From positions 44,206,001 through 44,270,000 of the forward strand of contig NC_042998.1 of assembly GCF_006345805.1 (NCBI RefSeq): a stretch of DNA of 64,000 bases, read 5' to 3'. Below the pieces are notes generated by a model that did not search any database, was not told where the DNA came from, and worked only from the letters and a program-made list of their open reading frames with translations. The position numbers were made by a program, and so were the translations under genes. Below are positions 54,368 to 64,000 of the stretch, one piece after another (the stretch's first letter is position 1; every line of letters starts with the position of its first letter). This stretch comes from Octopus sinensis. Taxonomy: Eukaryota.

Positions 54368-54678
54368 TTTTTTTTATGCGCTCTTTTCAAGCCTAGCCAG
54401 GCTCATGGGCCCGGTTTCCCGGTTTCTATGGCATATGTGTTCCCCCCAGCTGGACAGGACGCCAGTCCATCGCAACGTTACTCAAGAAACAGGAAGAAAG
54501 AGTGAGAGAAAGTTGGGGCGAAAGAGCACAATATGGGTTGCCACCGCGCCTGCCGGAGCCTCTTGGAGCTTTGGGTGTTTTCTCTCAATAAACACACACA
54601 ACGCCCGGTCTGGGAATCGAAACCGCGATCCTCCGAACGCGTGTCCGCTGCCCTAACCACTGGGCCATTGCGCCTCCA
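54368..54678 (-). mobile_element. SINE family C variant with V-domain-like centre
   Basis: 14-bp TSD cggtcaaatgaaat (54354-54367, 54679-54692); TGCGATGGACTGGCGTCCTGTCCAG..GAAACCGG. Confidence 0.9.
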
Positions 54679-54878
54679 CGGTCAAATGAAATAGCTATTG
54701 TTAATTGTTTCTCAATTATTCGTAGGTTTCGAGAAGTTATTAATGATCGAATTAGTTAGTTATTGGAAAAATTCAAAATTAAGTAGGCATTTGGATACAA
54801 AATTCGGCATACCACTAAGTCTTAGCAAGAAAGATTTTCGAAAGCTAACTTTTTTTTTTAAAAGCAACTTAAACTCCT

Positions 54879-55623
54879 CGCAGGCGTGGCTGTGTTAAGA
54901 AGTTTAGTTCCCAGTCACATTTTTGGGGGTTGAGCTCCCCTGCGGGAACGTGGGTCGAGGTATGTGTCCTAATATAGCCTGAGACCCACCAAAATGATTT
55001 GAGTGGATTTGATAGATGGTAACTGGGAGAAACCTACCTTTTATATATGTGTGTGTATTTTGTGTGTGTTTGTGGTTGTAAATATGTATCCATGTATGTA
55101 TGTGTGCATGTATGTATGTATGTAAGTATATATGTATGTATGTAAGTATATATGTATGTATGTATGTAAGTATATTTGTATGTATGTATGTATGTATGTA
55201 TGTTTGCATATATGTATGTATGTATGTATGTATGTAAGTATATATGTATGTATGTATGTAAGTATATATGTATGTATGTAAGTATATATGTATGTATGTA
55301 AGTATATATGTATGTATGTATGTATGTATGTTTGCATGTATGTATGTATGTATGTATGTATGTATGTGCGTGTGTATGTATGTATGTGTGTATGTATGTG
55401 TATGTATGTCTTTGTATCTGTATTTGTCCCCCAACTCTGCTTGACAATCGGTATTCGCGTGTTTATGTCCGTGTAACTTAGTGGTTCTGCAAAAGTGTAT
55501 ATAGAACACGAACCAGGCTTCAAAATCTAGCACCGGGATCGATCGGTTCGACTAAAATTATTCAAGGTGGTGTCCCAGCACGCTCGCAGTCTAATGACCG
55601 GAAAAAATTAAAAGATAAAAGAT
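54879..55623 (+). mobile_element. SINE family A with ~400-bp internal (TATG)n expansion
   Basis: Head cgcaggcgtggctgtg, tail gcagtctaatgaccggaaaaaattaaaagataaaaga; array ~55085-55410. Confidence 0.88.
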
Positions 55624-56189
55624 TATTTATACAGCATTTGCGTAATACAGTGACACTGCTATTTTCTTTTTTTGCTCAAATATATGAGAATTTAAATATT
55701 GAAATAGATTTGTGCACATCTGAAGATGCGACTCTTTAACGTCATGTGAATTTTGATAATGAAAATGAAGAAAATAGAAACGGAACTACACACACATTTA
55801 TTTATTTTCCAGATGCGAAAGGAACATAAGAATAGTTACACTTGCAAATGTATATTTGCACAAACCGTTGCAATCCCTGAATTTTAGGAATACTAAAAAT
55901 ATCTGCATTTTATTCACATTTGGTCGTATCGTCGATTATTTCACAATAACTAATGTAAATTAAGTTATATGCCATTATCACCTTGCCATAGATTGAACAA
56001 TCTATTTAACACCTTATCTAACTCGCTATACCTAATCTTTAATAGTCAATCAGAATGTATGTAGTTTCATATTTAATGCGATGAGAGCATTTATCGAATT
56101 CCATTGTTTATGTTTTTAATTCTCACCCACATCGAATGAACTTCTCTACGGAAAACATTTAGATACCTACACACACACAGCTATATATA

Positions 56190-56255
<66 letters not shown>

Positions 56256-56639
56256 GTGTGTGTGTATGTGTGTGTAACAATAATTAAGGGTTTAGCAACG
56301 ATTGCTTAACTACATACCGAAAAATTTAGAAATAGCAGTCAAGAGACCGTTATTTCTTTTCGCTACAAAATATGACTCCACAGACAACCGTCTCTGTAAC
56401 TCACACAGGCCAAAAAAAAAAAAAAAGAAGGAAAATAATGAAACTATTTCCATACCGAAACTACTTGGTGAAATTTATTAATTATAACTTAATAATTTTT
56501 TACCCTATATCTATAATAAATATATGTATATGCCAAAATTCAACAAAGAAATATGAATAACAGGGTAAAAGGGATAATCAGTCATTGGCAGACAGAGCTT
56601 ATTAAGGCTTCCCACTTATTTCCATCTTCTTTTTGCTTC

Positions 56640-57320
56640 TAGCCTCAAAGAAGCACAAGACTACTGAGATTGTGTCATGCGAGAAGCAAAGACTGTGGGG
56701 CTAGAAATAAACGAATCGAAGACAGAGTACATTACCATGAATATAAACACAGGTGAAGCAACAAGCGTCCTTACAAATGGAAAGCAGATATCGAGGGTTC
56801 ATAAATTCACTTACCTTGGATCGACTATAACTGATCTTAGAACTCAAATAATGACATCATAGATAGAATGAGGGTGGCACTCAGAGAAACGTCGCAGCTT
56901 TAACACCTCTGGTCGCCAGACATCAACCCAACAACGAAGGTAAAGATTTTTTTAAATGCGGATGCGGAACAAGGGTAATAAATTCGAAACGGCAAAGGAC
57001 CATGGTGAACACTTTTTCACACAAGAAACCTGACGAAAATATATCAGATATCCTTTAACGACCAGGTTTCCAATGATATATTGTACCAATGGCAGACGAA
57101 AAGCAAACAAGCACAAGGATAAAGGGACGCCGGCTAAGATGGATTGGTTACTAACAGTGACACCCACTCAATGAATGCTATCAATAGTGCCTGCTGCTTA
57201 AAACGCTAGATGGTGGGAAGCGCGAGAGGAGACGACCAAGAACAGCTTGCCACCGTATGAATCGTAGACTGCGGGATATTGTACAATGAAAGACCTCTAA
57301 CGACTGAAGATGGAAATGCA
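56640..57320 (+). mobile_element. RTE-clade LINE 3' fragment (RT C-terminus/thumb), decayed
   Basis: REAKTVGLEINESKTEYITMN..FTYLGSTIT; RLRWIG; GKRERRRPR. Confidence 0.8.
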
Positions 57321-58354
57321 CACACTCACACACACACACACACACTTAAATATAAACAGCTTAACCTATGCATACACCGCGTTGTTTTGACAAAGCTTTC
57401 GAACATGGTGTGAGAGTAGGTGTAATTAATTTATCTGCTTTATTTAAATTTATTATATATTCTAAAAGCAAATCTTTGACAAATAATCACAAGTTAGGAA
57501 CCACACTGACATTACCAACCTCCTAAATAGAGAGAAGGAAACTGTTATTGATACTGTTACGTGTAAGTGGATGTATATAAACAAAAGTAACACCCGTAGG
57601 AAGAAAAACAAGGGAGATATGGTGTTATCGAGCTTTCGAGAATAATGAATGTTTAAACATAATTCAAAATATCAACTAAAAAATATACAGGAAAATTTTT
57701 GCATAAAATCAAATCATATTGACGGCAAAGGGATATAATGATTGAAAAAATGAATGTAGCATGCATTGAACACAGAATAAATTAAAAGGATAAATATGAA
57801 TCGGGTAACACGTTTTCTCGCTAGCACATTGCTGTTATGCACATAGATAACACATTGCCCTTACGCATATTTTACACATCAAGCACACTGTTGTGATGCC
57901 AACGGTTATTCACCAGATTAAATAAACAATAACAATAACAATGAAAGGCCTATAGAGACTGTATGCAGCTCAGAGAAGCAGCAATTTTGCGATAACCAGT
58001 ATTTGGATAAATCAATAGCAGATTTCAGCAAGCTTTATGAACGTATTCATGTTTGCTGAAAATGTCATTTGTTGTTAGAAGGTGGCCATTACAATTGATT
58101 CCTCCGAGACGGGAATAGAATTAGAAAGCTGATTATGCTGTCCAATTTTTAAACGACAGTATAGACGCTGTGAGTTATGAGAAAAGGGAGAAAAAAAATC
58201 AACATCAGCCACGCTCTGCTCTGAATTCCTTGGTTTATTACTATTGTGTATTTTCGCACTTAAGTAAAATCATCTCTGTTTATTATTCGTATATGCGCTT
58301 ATATGAGATAGTGTGTCTGTTTTCAAATACATCTAATAATATGATTCTTTCTTT

Positions 58355-58420
<66 letters not shown>

Positions 58421-58539
58421 ACTCTATCTCTCCCCTTCTCATATTTTACATATATATATATATACATGCATACGCACACAAGGATTTCTATCTATCTACA
58501 CCCCCCCACACACACACAAACATATATATATATATATAT

Positions 58540-58600
58540 ATACATCCTTACATACATACACATATTTTCATATGTACGTACGCATACATATATCTGTGTA

Positions 58601-58660
<60 letters not shown>

Positions 58661-58734
58661 CATATACATATATACACAGATATATGTATGCGTACGTACG
58701 TAATGAAAATATGTGTATGTATGTAAGGATGTAT
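58540..58734. repeat. Near-perfect ~195-bp palindrome centred on (TA)n
   Basis: Arm 58540-58607 is the reverse complement of 58667-58734 with about 2 differences. Confidence 0.9.
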
Positions 58735-59027
58735 ACATACAAGAATTAAGAATATGCAAGCTTTCCTCGTTTCCTGTTGTGGGCGAATTTTCTTCAACGT
58801 CATATAAATAAATCAGAAACTTGGGGATGTGCTGAATGAGATATACAAATAATCTTATGGCTTCTCTTGCCGATATAAATACAAAAAAATATGGGGCAAA
58901 TATAAAAATATTATTCTTTTTATAGATAATTAATTCTAATAATACATGTACACAAGAAATCATTTCAACATGAACAGAAGTACCAATCTGTATCTGTATC
59001 TATCTATCTACCTCAGCTACCTAGTTA

Positions 59028-59075
<48 letters not shown>

Positions 59076-59197
59076 CCTATCTATCTATTTGTTTATCTAT
59101 CTTCCCCTGAAACAAACTACATTAAGAAGATGAGTTTGTGCATTTGTCTTATTTTACTTTATTTAATTTGATTTGTTAGTTTTTTTACAGGCATATA

Positions 59198-59603
59198 GGC
59201 GCAGGAGTGGCTGTGTGGGAAGTAGCTTGTTTACCAACCACATGGTTCCGGCTTCAGTCCCACTGCGTGGCACCTTGGGCAAGTGTCTTCTACTATAGTC
59301 TCGGGCCGACCAAAGCCTTGTGAGTGGATTTGGTAGACGGAAAATGAAAGAAGCCCGTCGTATATATGTATGTATATATATGTATGTGTGTGTGTTTGTG
59401 TGTCTGTGTTTGTCCCTCTAGCTTTGCTTGACAACCGATGCTGGTGTGTTTATGTCCCCGTCACTTAGCGGTTCGGCAAAAAGAGACCGATAGAATAAGT
59501 ACTGGGCTTACAAAGAATAAGTCCCGGGTCGAGTTGCTCGATTAAAGGCGGTGCTCCAGCATGGCCGCAGTCAAATGACTCAAACAAATAAAACAATAAA
59601 GAA
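59198..59603 (+). mobile_element. SINE family A, full length, low divergence
   Basis: GGCGCAGGAGTGGCTGTGTGG head, B box GCTTCAGTCCC, ccttgggcaagtgtctt centre, AAC/AAAG tail. Confidence 0.95.
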
Positions 59604-61363
59604 TATGCCTGTTATTTCTGTATTTTTACTTTGGGAAAATAACAACCCCAAAATCTAATGATTCAAGCCCCATAAAAATTTATTTTCATGATAACTGGGC
59701 TTATTGTAAGTTCGTCCACTACTATTTCTATCATTCTTTCCTTTGTAAAAATACATTTGATACTCAATTTTAAAGTAGTGAATAGTTCTTCTTATAATGT
59801 TTAATTGTCTTTACAATTAAAAGCGATTACTATAAAGACAAGTTTGTGTCATTAGTTCCAACGTACGTTTCACCATTGTGGTCACTTGGAACTCTGCAGT
59901 GCATTCTTGAAGCGCAATTGGATGCTTCAGTGCAATGGATCATTAGGTGAACGCTTCATTGCATTATGTAACAGTGTTAATGTGTCTTTTTATCACATGT
60001 GACTAACCATCCAATAACATTTAGGAAATCCATATTGATACAGTCATGAAGTGTACGTAGGAACTAATGATACAAAATTGTGTATCTTCTATAGGTTCTC
60101 TGTATCTCATAACCTCTAATACTAATAATTGCAGTTGTAGCCAAATCATTACACTGGAAATAGACTGGGTGATGATAATCTACGTAGAGCTCTAAACTCA
60201 AAAGTAGCAGTCACACACCTAATTGTAGTGCATGTGAAGAGGACGTCCACTTTATTGTTTATTGTTTACGCATATAGTGACGGAGAGAAATGATTTTAAG
60301 AAATAAAACCTGAAATTTCAAAGCGTCTGCACTTTATTACTTCGCTTTTAGTGGTGCCAGTAAAGGAAGGCTTAGTAATATAAAAAGGAAAAAAGAAAAA
60401 AGTTAATACTGAAATTAGACTTGAAACGAACGAAAATATTCATGTAAAAAATGCATAAACGGGTGTTAGAATAGAGGCACAGGGAAAATGCATGCACTAT
60501 TTCAGTATACAGTCCAGAATACAGGGGCATTTAAAAATAAATTACAGTCAACAGTGCCACTTCAGTTTTGACATCTAAAATTAACCAGAGAAATAAGTAT
60601 ATCATATACCGCTTGGCAAAATGATCGCAAATTGATTGCCTCGTTATTCATAATAAGGCCCATGATAGATTCCTTTGCTCACATATTACCTGTGCTGCTC
60701 TTGCACACTCCGTTTCAGTACGCGCATTCCAGTCATTCACTCCGGACTCTTGGTCCGTTGTATTTCATTTGTTGCCGCTGTTATTCTAACATCATATCTA
60801 TTTGTTGCGTATATATCTCAGTCCAACCTGTGCTGGACTGCATCGCAACGATTACGACGCATTCATTTCGAAGCTGGCCACTGCCATGTAAAGAGCCTCT
60901 CTCTTGCTCTTTTTGCTTCCTAATATTATTGACAATGCCGTAAAAACAATAGTGTCCACTCAGTCTCGTAGTAGCATGTTCCAGCGGGCTTTGGTTAATT
61001 TAAATTTCTCCGCTTCTGATATTAAAGAATCAGCAGACATTTTATGGTATCCCATTTTTTTCTTCAATGAGAGAAGCCAATATATTCTCATAAAAACATG
61101 ACAGTACATTTTTTTTCCATTCTCAGTAGCATTGTTGAAGGCATTTCATGTACTACGAATTGGCCGTAATAGTCATATTGATAACGCAGCACCTTAATCC
61201 AACTTGCCAAACCGCAGCCACCCTGTCTCTACTTATCCCAAATTTCGAACCCAATTTTGAGCATCATTCATGGATACAGGAGAGACAGCGCCAACATTCT
61301 TTTTTTGTTTTTTAAATGAGCAACCTTCCAATTTGAAAACAATATGTCTTAACTTGATCTCAC

Positions 61364-61490
61364 ATTATAGAAGTACTGCATGATTGTTCCCTGCTTTAGT
61401 ACAGAGTTAATGTAACGGGAATAGCTCAATTCATCCAACTGGACTAATACTCTTCGTTTCACTTCATGCTTCCAGTATCCCAGTGATTTT
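61364..61490 (-). CDS. Candidate internal coding exon (KSLGYWKHEVKRRVLVQLDELSYSRYINSVLKQGTIMQYFYN)
   Basis: Branch point CACTAAC 29 nt upstream, cttacttttattcag acceptor, GTGAGA donor, only one open frame; product unrecognised. Confidence 0.25.
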
Positions 61491-62408
61491 CTGAATAAAA
61501 GTAAGAACAGGTTGCATGTTAGTGAATACAATTTCGAGAACTCATACTTAACATAGTTGTAAAAATGAAATAATTTGTATTCAGACTTTTATCGTCACAG
61601 AACTCCTCTCTGAGATTTGCTTTGCCGCATTTGCAGTTTATAAATTGGAATGATGTATTGTATTATTCATATTTGTAAGTATATCGCGAAAAAGCAAATA
61701 GCGAATAAATCCATGAAAATTAACTACAAGCATGATGATTGTAAACAGGAAATATATAGGTGTTAATTAAGTTAAGAGTGGATTACTCAAAACAGAAATA
61801 AAAATAGGAATAATCATTTTCAGCTTTATTTAAGAAGTTAGTGAGCGAGTGTCAATAGCTATTGCTTGTTCTACGGCAAACTGCACATTTAGTGGTTTCA
61901 TACAATCGGACATATGCATCAGTTGATATTGAAATGCTGTGCAAACCGGATGTGTCTCAGCGTTGAGGTTTGATGTGGTTTGCTAGTTCATTGCAACACA
62001 CTGTGGAGTGGGGGTGTTATCAAATGGAATTTATATTAAAAGCTTTCTTGTTCACGTGGGATACAGGATAAGGGTTCCAGAAGGAGCAGCATTCGTTGAA
62101 AGTGCTTGTATGTGCATTGCATATCCTTACACGTATAAACATATGTAGAAAACATACAAACACAAACATCACACACATAATAATTTCTATGCATCGATAC
62201 GCGCAGACACGCACAAATGTACATTTATGTGTATACACATATATTCACACGCACACACATATCTGTGTGTGTGTGTGTTTGTGTATGTATATGTATATCT
62301 ATGTATGTATGTATGTACGTAAGTATGTGTGTGTTTGTGTAATGTTATTACCTTTATTAGATCTCACGGGAGCTAAAACTTAAGTGACACGGAGATTGGT
62401 CTGATATA

Positions 62409-62990
62409 TTATTGAATGAGGTGAATGCGTGGGAGAAAGGAGAGAGACCGCGAAAACCTACGCCAAGAAGATCCATGAACGGAACCAGCCATGAAAATGG
62501 AGAGCTCTATGCCTGCAAAGGCCACTAAGGAAATGAAGATAACTGGCCCTGCAGTGATAGTTAAGGAGATGCAGACGAGATTCAAGCATATGTAGTTATT
62601 CAAGCATGTTGAAACGACGACGACTAAGACCACCGAACTAGTTAAGGGACCAAGACGGCGATGAAGAGAATCTTCATACAGTAATGAATGTATAATACCA
62701 ATGTATGGTGAATCAACAGATATCATGTAACGATAACTGATCGATTTGAAATGATTATAGATAAAGTAAATCGTTTGGCAGAGCGAATGATTAGTCAAAA
62801 TCAGTGTAAAATTGTTAATTAATTGGCGCCTAGATATACAGAGAGGATCTATTTTAACGAGATTTGGTGTCGCTTCAAGCTTGCAATTGCGTAATGAATT
62901 GAAATTTGAGAGTATCGACAAAGTATTACGAGTAACTGGTGTACAATAATAACACGTAAGGTGTGGGATCTTATTTCGGTTTATTAACTT
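62409..62990 (-). CDS. Longest non-repetitive ORF (~190 codons), hydrophobic C-terminal half, unrecognised
   Basis: Part of ORF 62409..63053, whose first codons come from a SINE; possible acceptors at ~62940 and ~62830. Confidence 0.2.
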   Translation of the reverse strand, partial: KLINRNKIPHLTCYYCTPVTRNTLSILSNFNSLRNCKLEATPNLVKIDPLCISRRQLINNFTLILTNHSLCQTIYFIYNHFKSISYRYMISVDSPYIGIIHSLLYEDSLHRRLGPLTSSVVLVVVVSTCLNNYICLNLVCISLTITAGPVIFISLVAFAGIELSIFMAGSVHGSSWRRFSRSLSFLPRIHLIQ

Positions 62991-63007
62991 AAGTATTTTA
63001 AATATAT

Positions 63008-63223
63008 ATTTCTTTACTACCCACAAGGGGCTAAACATAGAGGGGACAAACAAGGACAGACAAAGGGATTAAGTCGATTACACCGACCCCAGTGCGAAAC
63101 TGGTACTTAATTTATCGACGCCGAAAGTCGACCTCGGCGGAATTTGAACTCAGAACGTAACGGCAGACGAAATACGGCTACGCATTTCGCCCGGTGTGCT
63201 AACGTGTCTGCCAGCTCGCCGCC
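63008..63223 (-). mobile_element. SINE family B, full length, young
   Basis: Reverse complement GGCGGCGAGCTGGCAGAC..GAGTTCAAATTCCGCCGAGGTCGAC. Confidence 0.93.
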
Positions 63224-63759
63224 TTTTATAGTTTAAAATATAGTTTAAAATACACTGTGGAGCTGTTCGTGCGCATACCCTGGGTTAACATAGTTTTAGC
63301 GTAAGCAATGCAAAAAATCTCTTTAACTTTAAAATTTTTATGTGTAATTTCGACTTTTGTGCTTTTTCTTTTTCACACTTTGCTTGTTGCTCTTTCCCCG
63401 CTACGTTTGATTATTTCTGATTGTTTCAAGGTGTATTTTTATGATTAAATCTGTATTGAGTTTTGTTGCGTAGTTTATTCTGTTCTTTGTAGTATTCTAC
63501 GCAATATATGTATCTACTTGCTTCTGTTTCTGTCTGTGTGCATGCCTGTAGGACTAAGAGGTATGTATCTCTGTATATCTCCAGTTTTAAATATTCCATT
63601 CTGTTATGTCCTGCAGAGCAATGTAAAATATACATCAGACTGAAACAAATAATTGGATTGATACGACCGTCTAAAATTATCGAAGGCGATACTTTCTGCA
63701 TGCCTACACTAGGCGGCAAAAAGTAAAAGTCTATATACCTATATATAGTTCAGATTCAT

Positions 63760-63895
63760 GGAACAACAAAAAATGAAAACAGGTGTAGCAATAACAAGCA
63801 GGTGTATTAGTTAAACAATAGAGGAAATGGAAAAGTCTTTTTACGTTTCGAGCCTACGCTCTTCGACAGAAAGGAATAGGAGAGACAAAAATTAA
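63760..63895 (-). mobile_element. Family H repeat (U6 subfamily) with hammerhead at 63837-63873
   Basis: CTTT-CTGTCGA-A-GAGC-gtag-GCTC-GAA-ACGT-A-AAAAG. Confidence 0.8.
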
Positions 63896-63925
63896 GCGCG
63901 GTCCAATATTTATATATATAAAGCT

Positions 63926-64000
63926 AGTGACTGTGTGGTAAGTAGCTAGGTTCAGTCCCACTGCGTGGCACCTTGGGCAAATGTCTTCTACTATAGTCTC
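63926..64000 (+). mobile_element. SINE family A head, runs off the window
   Basis: ctgtgtggtaagtagct..ggttcagtcccactgcgtggcaccttgggcaa. Confidence 0.88.

Noticed and set aside
60141-60293. GNRLGDDNLRRAL resembling an LRR_RI repeat
   Set aside because: Single isolated match, weak acceptor, no neighbouring repeats

Overview
Very AT-rich eukaryotic genomic DNA whose SINE families and microsatellite load are typical of Octopus (Cephalopoda). It reads as intronic or intergenic. I recognise no intact host gene, tRNA, rRNA or CRISPR array. Most ORFs in the track are microsatellite translations. The window is a mosaic of four tRNA-derived SINE families, decayed restriction-like-endonuclease (R4/Dong-type) LINEs, an RTE LINE fragment, Penelope-like element (PLE) fragments, two Tc1/mariner derivatives, and tandem and inverted duplications. 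The main signal no gene list captures is about ten dispersed minimal type-I hammerhead-ribozyme motifs. They show compensatory stem changes between subfamilies, and one subfamily has a fixed non-canonical core (CUGUNGA, A6->U). One hammerhead lies in a tRNA-headed (Pol III A/B box) unit that forms the inverted and direct terminal repeat of a GIY-YIG Penelope fragment. Several low-confidence minus-strand exon candidates are listed as hypotheses only. All identities and alignments were judged by eye; no database search was possible.
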